From assembly GCA_965238005.1 (NCBI GenBank), contig OZ250165.1:3232001-3296000 (forward strand): a stretch of 64,000 nucleotides of DNA. The letters are read 5' to 3'. Below are positions 50,552-60,484 of the stretch, in pieces. The notes below the pieces were generated by a model. The model worked only from the letters and a program-made list of their open reading frames with translations. It had not been told where the DNA came from and did not search any database. Both the position numbers and the translations under genes were made by a program. How positions within the stretch are numbered: position 1 is the first letter of the stretch; every line of letters starts with the position of its first letter. Source of the stretch: Longimicrobiales bacterium. GTDB taxonomy: Bacteria > Gemmatimonadota > Gemmatimonadetes > Longimicrobiales > Gaopeijiaceae.

Positions 50552-50835
50552 TCAGTCTGTCACGGGTTCCATTCGCTGTCGACGCAGCCGCATTGAGTCG
50601 GTCCGGAACGCCGGGATAAAAAGACCCAGCACATGCGCTCGCAGCAGATACCAGAGGAGTGACGGCTCGTTCAGGGATGGATCGATGCTGCGCTCGACCT
50701 CCCGGTGTGCGGCCGGCGCCAGGCTCCAATGCATGCCGGGCTTGAAGTGGTGCACGGTGTGAATCCCATTGTTGAACATCAGGAAATTCAGCAGCCACCC
50801 CGCAATAGACCGTGTGTGATTCCACTTCTGCTGGT
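50552..50835 (-). pseudogene. Fatty acid desaturase C-terminal fragment
   Basis: WNHTRS...FNNGIHTVHHFKPGMHWS third His box; first two His boxes absent. Confidence 0.8.
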
Positions 50836-50924
50836 AACATCCACTGACGGCTGGGTGGCGATTAAAGTCAGCAAGCGGAGGCGGAGATGGGGGCGGCTAG
50901 CCAAGTGGCGAACCAGATCCGGGA

Positions 50925-50955
50925 CAGAAAGGGGCCGAGGCCGGATAGGCCCTTC
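50925..50955 (-). terminator. Possible intrinsic terminator after rfbB
   Basis: Minus strand GAAGGGCC-N11-GGCCCCTTTCT hairpin directly after the stop; weak U-tract. Confidence 0.3.
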
Positions 50956-50956
50956 G

Positions 50957-52012
50957 TCATCCGCGGTACGCGCCGCTGGCGATGCGCTCGAGCCAGGTCT
51001 CGTTCCGGCCGTACCACGAGATCGTGTCGGCGAGACCCTCCTCGAAGTCCACCGTCGGCTCCCACTCCAGCTCCTCCTTGGCCTTGGACGAATCGACGGC
51101 GTAGCGCCGGTCGTGGCCCAGGCGATCCTCCACGAAGGTGATCAGCTCCGGGTGGGCCCCGGTCTGCTCTATAATGGACTCGACCACCTGGAGGTTGGTC
51201 CGCTCCGCGTCTCCCCCGAAGTTGTAGACCTCGCCGGAACGTCCCTTGCGGAGCGCTAGGTCCAGGCCCCGGCAGTGATCCCCCACCTGGATCCAGTCCC
51301 GGACGTTCAGCCCGTCGCCGTACACCGGAAGAGGCTCGCCTTTCATGGCGTTGGAGACCATGAGGGGAATCAGCTTCTCGGGAAACTGATACGGTCCGTA
51401 GTTGTTCGAGCAACGGGTGACCACCACGTCCAAGCCGTGGGTGCGGTGGTACGCCAACGCCAGCATGTCGCCGGCGGCCTTGGTGGCGGAGTACGGGGAG
51501 CGGGGAGCCAGTGGCGTGGTCTCCGTGAACCGGAGCGCATCGGGGTCGGCATCCGTATCGGAGTCCGTAGCGGGGTCGGGATCGGGGTCAGTATCGGGAT
51601 TGGCCGGGTCTCGCCAGGGAAGCTCTCCATAGACCTCGTCCGTAGAGACCTGGACGAAGCGGGGCGGGCTCGAGGCGGCCACGGCCGCGCTGAGCAGCGT
51701 GTGCGTTCCCGTAACGTTGGTTCGGACGAAGGGAGCGTCGTGCTCGATGGAGCGGTCCACGTGAGATTCGGCGGCCAGGTTCAGGACGGCGTCTACGTCA
51801 CCGACCAGCTCGCCCACGAGCTCGTCGTCGCAGATGTCGCCGTGCACGAACCGGTAGCGCGGATCCTCGTCCACGCCCCTCAGGTTGTCCGGATTCCCGG
51901 CGTACGTGAGGAGATCGAGGTTGATCACCTCCACGTTCGAGCGCTCCTCGAGGAAATACCGGATGAGGTTGGAGCCGATGAAGCCCGCTCCACCGGTGAC
52001 GAGCAGTCTCAC
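50957..52012 (-). CDS. rfbB: dTDP-glucose 4,6-dehydratase
   Basis: TGGAGFIGSN, LTYAGN, AAESHVDRSI, STDEVYG, YSATK, NNYGPYQFPEKLIP. Confidence 0.95.
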   Translation of the reverse strand: MRLLVTGGAGFIGSNLIRYFLEERSNVEVINLDLLTYAGNPDNLRGVDEDPRYRFVHGDICDDELVGELVGDVDAVLNLAAESHVDRSIEHDAPFVRTNVTGTHTLLSAAVAASSPPRFVQVSTDEVYGELPWRDPANPDTDPDPDPATDSDTDADPDALRFTETTPLAPRSPYSATKAAGDMLALAYHRTHGLDVVVTRCSNNYGPYQFPEKLIPLMVSNAMKGEPLPVYGDGLNVRDWIQVGDHCRGLDLALRKGRSGEVYNFGGDAERTNLQVVESIIEQTGAHPELITFVEDRLGHDRRYAVDSSKAKEELEWEPTVDFEEGLADTISWYGRNETWLERIASGAYRG

Positions 52013-52785
52013 GGATCCGTCGACCGTCGGAGGGGAGAGGTGACCTCGGGAAGGTGTAGGACGGGTTCGTCCGCGGTGTCCGCGACGAGCCGTGTGGCGC
52101 GATACAAAGATCGGACGGTTCCGGCGTCCGTCCACCATCCGTCCACGACGTGGTGGCGCAGGGCTCCCCACTCCACGTAGCGGTTGTTCACGTCGGTGAT
52201 CTCCAGCTCTCCGCGGTCCGAGGGCGAGAGTCCCTGTACGATCTCGAAGACGCGCCGGTCGTAGAAGTAGCAGCCGGTGACCGCGAAGTTGCTCCGTGGC
52301 TCCGCGGGCTTCTCTTCGATCCCCACGACCCGGTCCCCGTCGAGCTCCGCCACGCCGAATCGGACCGGATCGTCCACCTCCTTGAGGAGCACCATGGCTC
52401 CCTCAGGTTCGGCTCGGTACGCATCGACGGCCGGCCGTATCGGCGAGCCGAAGATGTTGTCCCCCAGGATCACGCAAACGGGCCCGTCTTCCGCGAAATG
52501 CTCCGCCAGGCCCAGGGCCTCCGCGATCCCCCCTTCCCCTGCTTGGTAGGTATAGTCCAGGTGCCTGAGGCCGAAGTCCCTGCCGTTGCCGAGCAGTTGC
52601 AGGAAGTCCCCCGCACTGTTTCCGCCCGTCACGATCAGGATCTCGTCGATCCCCGCGTGCACGAGCTGCTGGATGGGGAAGTAGATCATGGGCCGGTCGA
52701 AGACCGGGAGGAGGTGCTTGTTGGTGACGCGCGTCATGGGCTGGAGCCGGCTCCCCAGGCCGCCGGCGAGGACGACGCCCTTCAT
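52009..52785 (-). CDS. rfbA: Glucose-1-phosphate thymidylyltransferase (short form)
   Basis: LAGGLGSRL, NKHLLPV, LGDN, EKP, RGELEITD, WTDAGT. Confidence 0.9.
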   Translation of the reverse strand: MKGVVLAGGLGSRLQPMTRVTNKHLLPVFDRPMIYFPIQQLVHAGIDEILIVTGGNSAGDFLQLLGNGRDFGLRHLDYTYQAGEGGIAEALGLAEHFAEDGPVCVILGDNIFGSPIRPAVDAYRAEPEGAMVLLKEVDDPVRFGVAELDGDRVVGIEEKPAEPRSNFAVTGCYFYDRRVFEIVQGLSPSDRGELEITDVNNRYVEWGALRHHVVDGWWTDAGTVRSLYRATRLVADTADEPVLHLPEVTSPLRRSTDP

Positions 52786-52852
52786 CGGACCTCCCCTGTC
52801 ATCTGGTTCTCGCGGCGATCCATCCCAGGCGCGTCGTATGGGCGGTTCCCTG

Positions 52853-52960
52853 TCATCGCGACTCTTCCAGGTAGCTCGTCAGGGACTCGCGCCAGGGCGG
52901 CATGGATCGCCCTAGGAGACGCTCGTCCTCCGTGCAGTCGAGCACGGAATAGCGGGGACG
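52853..52960 (-). pseudogene. Second, diverged copy of the rfbD 3' end
   Basis: RPRYSVLDCTEDERLLGRSMPPWRESLTSYLEESR* versus RPRYSVLDSSKAEALLGRSMPIWGESLRAHLEAIE* of the intact gene. Confidence 0.8.
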
Positions 52961-52964
52961 AGGT

Positions 52965-53003
52965 AATGTACCCTTCCTTCTCCAGGTGGAGAAAGACCTG
53001 GTG
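52965..53003 (-). repeat. 39 bp copy of the sat/cysC 3' end
   Basis: Matches 26250-26288 at 37/39 nt (HQ[V/I]FLHLEKEGYI). Confidence 0.85.
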
Positions 53004-53106
53004 GCCACCTCCGATCCCGGTCTTGGCTCCCATGCCGCTATTCAAGCGCCCGCGCCATGCTCGCACCGTTCGTGAGCGTCGACCCGACCCTGGCTCGACC
53101 ACATCT

Positions 53107-53400
53107 ATGCCTGAAGTATCACGGTTCCTCGGCATCGTCGTCGGAATGTTCTACAATGAGCACGGGGACCCCACACTTCCACGCCGTGTACGGGGAACAC
53201 GAGATTTCCGTGAGGTAGAATTTACAGTTGTCCATGGATATTTCCCGCCACGAGCGAGGCGACACGTTCTCGAGTGGGCCGAACTCCACAAGGAGGAGCT
53301 CCTGGAGGACCGGGACCTGGCCCGGAAGGGCGAGCCGCTCAAGCGAATCGCGCCTCTCGAGTGACCACATGGATTATCACGTACTGGATCTCCCAACTGC
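53107..53400 (+). pseudogene. DUF4160 (DhiT-like) toxin gene with frameshifts, plus stub of a downstream partner
   Basis: MPEVSRFLGIVVGMFYNEH, shifted-frame PHFHAVYGE, VLEWAELHKEEL...KRIAPLE. Confidence 0.75.
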
Positions 53401-53409
53401 GTAAATCTG

Positions 53410-53670
53410 GGTGTCTCTTTACATCAGGGACCGGCGGCATGAATCGCCAGGCGGAGTCGTGAGCCCAATCGATCTGCGTTGCCAAGTCGTCGCGGCGGAC
53501 GATGGCCCGAATGAAGCCCGGCTGACTGAGCTGAAGGTCCAGGCTGTAGCCGGCCGCTTCGAGGAGGACGCTGTCCTCGGCAGACGCTGTGGCGACCCGC
53601 TCGGCTGAATCGTGGAAGAAGTCGAGATCCTGACTGTGCCGGACGGAGTTGGGAGCGAAGTACAGGGCCG
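53410..53670 (-). pseudogene. AbiEii-like nucleotidyltransferase fragment
   Basis: AALYFAPNSVRHSQDLDFFHD...IDWAHDSAWRFMP. Confidence 0.6.
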
Positions 53671-53673
53671 CAT

Positions 53674-54516
53674 TCATTCGATCGCCTCCAGATGCGCCCG
53701 GAGAGACTCGCCCCATATGGGCATGGATCGGCCCAGAAGGGCCTCGGCCTTGGACGAGTCGAGCACGGAGTAGCGGGGCCGGTCGGCGGGCGCGCCCCAG
53801 GCCTCTGTGGTGGTGGCCTCCAGCTCTACGTCGAGGTGCGCGAGGATGGCGGCCCCCCTCGCGAGGTCCAGCCAGGTGGCTTTGCCCCGGTCGCAGAGGT
53901 GGTACGTTCCGATCGCGCCCCTCTCGGCCAGCTCCACCAACGCGGGGGCCAGACTGTCCGTCCACGTCGGGCACCCGATCTGGTCGTTCACGATCTTGAG
54001 GGGGCTGGAACGGTATCGAGCTCCGAGGATCACGTCGATGAAGTCCTGTCCGTCGGGTCCGTACAGCCAACTTGTGCGCACGACGGCCCAGCGGGCATCG
54101 GTCGTCTCGAGCACCTTCTCGCTGGCCAGCTTGCTCCGGCCGTAAGCGTTGACGGGGTGCGTCTCGTCCTCGGGCCGGTAGGGCCGATCCGACCGGCCGT
54201 CGAAGACGTAGTCCGTGCTGGGATAGACGAGACTCGCTCCGATCGCGGCGGCGGCGAGCGCCACGTTGCGGGTTCCGTCACGGTTGACCGCCGTGGCTCG
54301 ATCGGGCTCCTCCTCCGCGTCGTCCACCGCGGTGTAGCCGGCACAGTGCATCACGGCCTCGGGCGCCTCGTCCCGCAACCGGCTCTCCACCAACTCGAAG
54401 TCGGTGACGTCGAGCGCCGCCCGGTCCAGGGCGCTTACGTCGTGTCCCCTTCCCCGGGCGGCCCGGACGACGGCTCCCCCCAGGAGACCTCCGGACCCGG
54501 TGACGAGGATCTTCAA
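53674..54516 (-). CDS. rfbD: dTDP-4-dehydrorhamnose reductase
   Basis: TGSGGLLG, AGYTAVD, STDYVFDG, YGRSK, DQIGCPT, RPRYS. Confidence 0.93.
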   Translation of the reverse strand: MKILVTGSGGLLGGAVVRAARGRGHDVSALDRAALDVTDFELVESRLRDEAPEAVMHCAGYTAVDDAEEEPDRATAVNRDGTRNVALAAAAIGASLVYPSTDYVFDGRSDRPYRPEDETHPVNAYGRSKLASEKVLETTDARWAVVRTSWLYGPDGQDFIDVILGARYRSSPLKIVNDQIGCPTWTDSLAPALVELAERGAIGTYHLCDRGKATWLDLARGAAILAHLDVELEATTTEAWGAPADRPRYSVLDSSKAEALLGRSMPIWGESLRAHLEAIE

Positions 54517-55646
54517 GTGTAGAACTCCCGGATGGCCTCCGCCACGGCCGTCACCCGATCCCCGCCGAGCTCTGGGAAGATCGGCAGGCTCAGCACCTCC
54601 TGACACAGCTTCTCGGAGACCGGCAGGTCCCCCTCCCGGTAGCCCAACTCCGAGAAGCAAGGCTGCAGGTGGAGGGCGAGCGGGTAGTAGACGGCGCTTC
54701 CGATGCCCTGCTCAATCAGGTAGTCTCGGAGCTCGTCGCGTCGGCGTGCCCGGATCGTGTACTGGTTGTAGACGTGCGTATTGCCGGGTGCGACGGCGGG
54801 GTTGATGACCTCTGCGATGTCTGTCAACAGCTCGTCGTAGAGCGCCGCGTTCCGCCGGCGTGCCTCGGACCATGACTCAAGGTGGGGCAGCTTGGCCGAG
54901 ACCACCGCGGCCTGGAGCGCGTCCAGGCGGCTGTTCGTGCCCACCATCTCGTGGTGGTACATCTTGAGGCCGCCGTGGACCCGGAGCTTCTTGAGCTTGT
55001 CGGCAAGCTCCGGGTCGTTCGTCGAGATGAGCCCGCCATCTCCGAATCCTCCGAGGTTCTTGGTCGGAAAGAAGCTGAACGCTCCGGCGTCGCCGGCGGC
55101 TCCGGCCTTGACACTTCCCACAGACCCGGCGCCGCCCGTACTGAGACACTGGGAGGCCCCAATAGCGTGCGCGGCGTCCTCCAAGACGAATCCGCCTCGC
55201 TCACGGGCCACCGCCCCGATCTCCTCCATGGGGGCCATCTGGCCGAAGAGATGTACGGGGATCACGCCCCGAGTCCGATCCGTCCACGCCGCCGCCACCG
55301 TCTCCGCGGTCACATTGAAGGTGACAGGATCGACGTCGCAGAAGACCGGCCGGTAGTCGGCGTTCCACACCGCGCCAGCGGTGGCGAAGAACGTGAAGGC
55401 CGGAATGACGACCGCATCTTCGGATTGCCTCCAGAATGCCCGTAGGGGCAGCAGAAGGGCATCCGTGCCGCTCGCGCATCCGGCCGTGTACCCCACCCCG
55501 ATCATGTCGGCGAGGCTCGTCTCGAGCCGTTCTACGGGCTCGCCCAGAATGAAGCGCTGAGACCGGATCACGGCCCGGACGGCTTCGTCCAACTCTCCGC
55601 TTATCGACTCGTACTGAGCCGTCAGATCGAGCAGTGGAATCTCCAT
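54513..55646 (-). CDS. DegT/DnrJ/EryC1/StrS sugar aminotransferase (WbpE-like)
   Basis: ASGTDAL, PVHLFGQ, EDAAH, SFFPTKNLG, NSRLDALQAA. Confidence 0.93.
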   Translation of the reverse strand: MEIPLLDLTAQYESISGELDEAVRAVIRSQRFILGEPVERLETSLADMIGVGYTAGCASGTDALLLPLRAFWRQSEDAVVIPAFTFFATAGAVWNADYRPVFCDVDPVTFNVTAETVAAAWTDRTRGVIPVHLFGQMAPMEEIGAVARERGGFVLEDAAHAIGASQCLSTGGAGSVGSVKAGAAGDAGAFSFFPTKNLGGFGDGGLISTNDPELADKLKKLRVHGGLKMYHHEMVGTNSRLDALQAAVVSAKLPHLESWSEARRRNAALYDELLTDIAEVINPAVAPGNTHVYNQYTIRARRRDELRDYLIEQGIGSAVYYPLALHLQPCFSELGYREGDLPVSEKLCQEVLSLPIFPELGGDRVTAVAEAIREFYT

Positions 55647-55764
55647 GATGTCCTCTAGCAATACACCTCAATCCCGGTTCCGGAGTAGCAGGTCGAGCAA
55701 TGGCCCAGATCGATACGAATGGACTATTGTATTAGGTCGCCATTCATGTTGAGAAGCGGGACTC

Positions 55765-56961
55765 TCATCGGCCCTCCCCAACGGTGACTCCGACCCGTCC
55801 AAGCGCTTCTGTGTACAGCCTCTCCATGTCTCCTGCCAGCCGCTCGGTCGAATACCGCTCCAGTACCGTCTCTCTGGCCCGGGTCCTCGTTGCTGCATCC
55901 GGCGGCGAGCGCAGGGTCTCCTCCAGGGCGTCGGCGAAGGCCTCGGGAGAAGCATGCCACACCAGGCGCCCGAGAGCCCTGTCCTCCAGGATCTCCGGCA
56001 CGCCCCCCACGGCCCGTGACACCACGGGCGTTCCGGCGGCCAGCGACTCCATGAGCGAAACCGGCGTTCCCTCGTCCAACGACGTGAGGGCCGTCACGCC
56101 GAACGCCGGATAGATCTCGGGCAGGTCCTGTCGCCACCCCAGCCAGTGGACGAGCCGATCCAGGCCCTTCTCGGCGCCATATCTCCTCAGGACCCCTTCC
56201 CTCTCCCCCGACCCCACCACCACGACATGCGGCTCCGGGTCCATCCGCTCCCGCAGTACCGCCACCGCGTCGAAGAGCAGCTCGTGGTTCTTGACCGGCA
56301 CCATCCTCCCCACGATCCCGATCACCGGGCGGTCCTCCTCGATCCCCAGGCTCTCTCTCAGGCGAGTTCGCGCCTCGGACCGATCCACCTCTGCGAAGGC
56401 CTGAAGGTCCAGCCCCAGCGGAATCACGGCGAAGCGCTCGGCGGGCGCCACGCCGAGATCCTCTGCCATCTCCCGGGCCTGTCGATGGGTCAGCACCACG
56501 AGCCGGTCCGTAGCCCGGGCGAGCTGTCGCTCGATCTCCAGGAAGAAGCGCGTCCTAAGCCGTGAAAAGTAGAGGCCGCCAAGCACGTGCCCGTGGAACG
56601 TGTGCACGATGACCGGCACACCGGCTGCCAGAGCGGCCAGACGGCCCACCGTGCCGGCCTTCGCCGTGTGCGTGTGCACGATGGCCGGCCGCTCGCGGCG
56701 GAAGATGCGGAAGAGCGTGAGTAGAGTCCGAACGTCTTTCCACGGCGATAGGGGGTGGGACATGCCGGCGATCTCGATCACGTCCACACCCCGATCGAGA
56801 GCGTAGTAGGTCATGTCGCCCTCATCCTCGGTGATCCGGCCGGTGATCAGCCGTGTCTCGAAAACGCGCGGGTCGAGGCCCTCGGCCAGATGGACCACGT
56901 GCATGGCGGGCCCACCCGTGTTCAGGCGGGCGATGACGCGGTGGACTAGGATGGGGGTCAT
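55765..56961 (-). CDS. GT4 glycosyltransferase
   Basis: IARLNTGGPA, HTHTAKAG, HTFHG, EGTPVSLMES. Confidence 0.92.
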   Translation of the reverse strand: MTPILVHRVIARLNTGGPAMHVVHLAEGLDPRVFETRLITGRITEDEGDMTYYALDRGVDVIEIAGMSHPLSPWKDVRTLLTLFRIFRRERPAIVHTHTAKAGTVGRLAALAAGVPVIVHTFHGHVLGGLYFSRLRTRFFLEIERQLARATDRLVVLTHRQAREMAEDLGVAPAERFAVIPLGLDLQAFAEVDRSEARTRLRESLGIEEDRPVIGIVGRMVPVKNHELLFDAVAVLRERMDPEPHVVVVGSGEREGVLRRYGAEKGLDRLVHWLGWRQDLPEIYPAFGVTALTSLDEGTPVSLMESLAAGTPVVSRAVGGVPEILEDRALGRLVWHASPEAFADALEETLRSPPDAATRTRARETVLERYSTERLAGDMERLYTEALGRVGVTVGEGR

Positions 56962-56986
56962 GGGACGGGCGGGCGTGCCCCGGCCC

Positions 56987-58318
56987 TCAGCCAGCCCCAC
57001 CCTTCACGATCCAAGCCCCTGCCCGTGTGCCATGCTCGTTCAGGAGAGGCGCCGTGACGTTGCGGGCGTCCACCACGACACCGGCCAGCTCAAGCACACG
57101 CCCGTAGTCCACCTCCGAGTGGTCCGTGACGATGACGACCGCGTCGGTCCGGGAAAGAGCTTCGTCCGTCAGCGGAACCGAGGACAGCAGGGTCCCGTCT
57201 TCGGCAACCTCAGGCACCAGCGGGTCGTGATACTCCACCTGTGCCCCGTCGGCGGCGAGGAGTCTGATGATATCCAGGGCCGGTGACTCCCGGACGTCAT
57301 TGACGTCCCGCTTGTACGCCACACCCAGAACGAGGATGCGGGCGCCGTTTACGGCCTTCCTGCCCGCATTGAGGGCATCTCGTATCTTGTTCACCACGAA
57401 ACGGGGCATCGCGGCGTTGATCTCCGACGCCAGATCGATGAACCGGGTCCGGTAGTCCAGCGTGCGCATCTTCCACGCGAGGTAGTGGGGATCCACCGGA
57501 ATGCAGTGCCCTCCCAGACCCGGCCCCGGGGTGAACTTCATGAAGCCGAAGGGCTTGGTGGCGGCCGCTTCTATGACCTCCCAGACGTCCACCTTCAGGC
57601 GGTCGGCGATGAGGGCGACCTCGTTCACCATAGCGATGTTCACGGCCCGGAAGGTGTTCTCCAGGATCTTGACCATCTCGGCCGCCTCGGTGGAGGAAAC
57701 CTGGACCATCGTGTCGATGAAGCGCTCGTAGACGGCCAGGCCGGCTTCCGTGCAAGCGGGCGTGATCCCCCCGATGATCTTGGGCGTGTTCTTCGTCTTC
57801 CAGACCGCGTTCCCGGGGTCGACGCGCTCGGGAGAGAAGCACAGAAAGAAGTCCTTCCCGGCGTCTAGGCCCGTGCGCTCCAGGGTCGGCAGGAGAACCT
57901 CCCGGGTGGTCCCGGGATAGGTGGTCGATTCCAACACTACGAGCTGCCCGGGGCGCAACGCCGCAGCCACGGCCTCGGACGCGGCGATCACGAACGACAC
58001 GTCCGGGTCCTGTGTCTTCGAGAGCGGCGTTGGAACGGAGATCGAGATGGCGTCGCACTCGGCGAGCCTAGACATGTCGGTGGTGGCTTCGAGGCGCCCC
58101 GTCGCCAACACCTCCTGCAGCTCCTCGTCGGTGACGTCGTCGATGTGGCTCCGGCCGGCGTTCATGCCCTCCACCACCTCTGGGTCGACGTCAAAGCCTA
58201 CAGCCTGGAGTCCCGAGCGGGCGATCTCTACTGAGAGGGGGAGACCGACGTAGCCGAGACCGATAACGCCAACCGTGAGGTCGCCGTTGCCCAAGTGCTC
58301 GATAGAGGAGGCGGTCAT
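56987..58318 (-). CDS. UDP-N-acetylhexosamine 6-dehydrogenase (WbpA/WecC family)
   Basis: GLGYVGLP, ESTTYPG, SPERVDPG, ENTFRAVN, GGHCIPVDP, DVRESP. Confidence 0.93.
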   Translation of the reverse strand: MTASSIEHLGNGDLTVGVIGLGYVGLPLSVEIARSGLQAVGFDVDPEVVEGMNAGRSHIDDVTDEELQEVLATGRLEATTDMSRLAECDAISISVPTPLSKTQDPDVSFVIAASEAVAAALRPGQLVVLESTTYPGTTREVLLPTLERTGLDAGKDFFLCFSPERVDPGNAVWKTKNTPKIIGGITPACTEAGLAVYERFIDTMVQVSSTEAAEMVKILENTFRAVNIAMVNEVALIADRLKVDVWEVIEAAATKPFGFMKFTPGPGLGGHCIPVDPHYLAWKMRTLDYRTRFIDLASEINAAMPRFVVNKIRDALNAGRKAVNGARILVLGVAYKRDVNDVRESPALDIIRLLAADGAQVEYHDPLVPEVAEDGTLLSSVPLTDEALSRTDAVVIVTDHSEVDYGRVLELAGVVVDARNVTAPLLNEHGTRAGAWIVKGGAG

Positions 58319-58405
58319 GGAGTCGGTGAGAGCATGTATGATCGGTGGATCGGCGGATCGCTAGCCGGAGTGGCCGCACCGGAATATGACGGCTGGAAAC
58401 AGGCG

Positions 58406-60286
58406 CTACAAGGCAGCGTCTCCGGCGGTTCTAGCTCCAGACCTCACCGACTCCAACGAGATTCTGAGCACATAGACGTCCAAAGAACCCGTCGTGGCGA
58501 GATACTCCTCCAAGAGCTTGTCGTGTGAGTCTGCCGCCCCTTCGCCCTTATCCACCACCACCACCGTATTGATCTCACAGTCGCGAACCGCCCGCGCGAT
58601 TGCGTCCGCACCCCCGAACAGCGGATAGCCCTGGAACCGCCCCTTCGCGCCCACCTGTGAGTGATCCACGACGGCAACGGGCCGGAACGTGGGCGCGCTG
58701 AGGGCCCGCGCGGCCCGGAAAGCCAGGTCGGCGTCTTCGATGGGTCCGACGAACGCCATGGGCACGCCCTCCACCGACCAACGCCCCGTGGCGTCTTCCA
58801 GCATGCGGAACGAGAAGCGTCCCACCACCGTGAGGATAGTACAGACGAGGAAATCCACCACCAGCACCCCACGGGACAATCCGCTGCGGGCGACCAGGAG
58901 CAGAACCGACGCGGTAAGTAGCGTGCCGAGCAGGTTCGCTCGAACCATGACCATAGCGTCGGCGATGCTGTAGTGGCGCCAACGAGGCGCGTACGCCGCC
59001 GTACCGGCAAAGGCCATCAGCTTCAGAGCGACCACGAAGACCAGCGTCCGCTGGAAATAGTCCAACTCCGCAGGGAGCTGACTCGAGTCCCAGCGGATGA
59101 GGTAGGCGGCATAATAGGCCAGCCCCACCACGAAGATGTCCATGCCGAACACAAGGAACGGAACTCGCCGGTGCAATGCTCCCAAGCGCTCGAGCAGAGT
59201 GGGGTCACTTTCTGCGGTCTTGTCGGCCTCCAATCGGTCGAGGCGACCCGTCAGCAGATACGACCCGAGAAGCGCCAACGCTGCGAGAAGAATTCCACCC
59301 AGCATGTACGCAAAGGTCCGGCCTGCCGTCCGCACCAAGAGCCCCACACCACCACCGAGGATAGCCAAGCCCCATAGGATCCACAGGGCACGCTCCTCGG
59401 AGACACCGAGAGAGACCAATGCATGGGATGTGTGGTCCCGTCCTCCCTTCGAGACCGCCCTGCCCTCCAGGAGCCTGGTCACCGTCACGAACGTCGTGTC
59501 GAGAATCGGTATCGCGAGCACCACGAGTGGAACAGCCACTACCGCCGCCAAGCTGCGGGAGAGGCCGGGGCCCGGCGAGAGCGCAAGGCCGGCGAGGAAG
59601 AGACCGATAAACAAGGAGCCCGAGTCCCCCATGAAGATCCGTGCAGGCGGGTAGTTGTGTACCAGAAAGCCACCCAGGGCCGCAGCAAATGCAAAGGCGA
59701 GGATTGCCAGCTCTGACTGTCCACCCAGCAAGAAGTTGATGCCGAGAAAAGTCGCTGCGATGGCACCGATGCCTCCTGCCAACCCATCCATGTTGTCCAG
59801 GAGGTTCAGGGCGTTCGTGATGCCCACGAACCAGAAGAGCGATATGAGAACGTCCAGCACATAGGTCCCGGTCAGCCAGACGCCGATCCCCGTCATGATG
59901 AGTATCGAAGCCGCAGCGAGCTGACCCACCAGCTTCGTCGAGGGACGGAGCTGTCGAACGTCGTCCCATAGACCGAGGGCAGCTGCCAAGAGGGCCGCGA
60001 CGACCAGCCCAACGGGGGGAGTCAGGGGAACCACCGCCCGGGGCGCCACCTCGCCCACGGCCAAACCCGTCCCGAACAAGCCGACCTCGAGGGCCACCGC
60101 CAGGGCAAAGCCCCCCACAATTGCCAGCCCGCCGACGTTGGGGGTCGGACGCGTGTGCCACCGGTCCTCGGTAGCACCCGCCATCTGGCCGGCCCGCAGA
60201 GCAAGGGCGCGGACCATGGGAATCAGGGCTGCCGTCGCAGTAGCTGCCACGGCAGGCACGAGAAGGGCGAGCAGCACATAAGTCAT
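58406..60286 (-). CDS. WecA/MraY-family polyprenyl-P HexNAc-1-P transferase with extra C-terminal TM and Rossmann-like domain
   Basis: GLWDD, NALNLLDNMDG, IFMGDSGS, DHTSH. Confidence 0.9.
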   Translation of the reverse strand: MTYVLLALLVPAVAATATAALIPMVRALALRAGQMAGATEDRWHTRPTPNVGGLAIVGGFALAVALEVGLFGTGLAVGEVAPRAVVPLTPPVGLVVAALLAAALGLWDDVRQLRPSTKLVGQLAAASILIMTGIGVWLTGTYVLDVLISLFWFVGITNALNLLDNMDGLAGGIGAIAATFLGINFLLGGQSELAILAFAFAAALGGFLVHNYPPARIFMGDSGSLFIGLFLAGLALSPGPGLSRSLAAVVAVPLVVLAIPILDTTFVTVTRLLEGRAVSKGGRDHTSHALVSLGVSEERALWILWGLAILGGGVGLLVRTAGRTFAYMLGGILLAALALLGSYLLTGRLDRLEADKTAESDPTLLERLGALHRRVPFLVFGMDIFVVGLAYYAAYLIRWDSSQLPAELDYFQRTLVFVVALKLMAFAGTAAYAPRWRHYSIADAMVMVRANLLGTLLTASVLLLVARSGLSRGVLVVDFLVCTILTVVGRFSFRMLEDATGRWSVEGVPMAFVGPIEDADLAFRAARALSAPTFRPVAVVDHSQVGAKGRFQGYPLFGGADAIARAVRDCEINTVVVVDKGEGAADSHDKLLEEYLATTGSLDVYVLRISLESVRSGARTAGDAAL

Positions 60287-60484
60287 GAAGCGAACCGCCC
60301 GCACCGAAGCCAGTCATGGGTCATGGTGCCGGGACACTAGACGTCGGGGTTCGAGGCTGTCAAACCATTCCGAGCCCGACTGCTCATGCGGGGTCGATTC
60401 GCCCGGATGCGCTCGAACCGGAATCTGTTCGGAAGGCCGGGGTGAATCCGTTACTATAGGGACGCCGGTGGTGGTCGCTGATCC

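Noticed and set aside
52150..53364. 404 aa + strand ORF
   Set aside because: Antisense to rfbA and merely in frame with the DUF4160 pseudogene.
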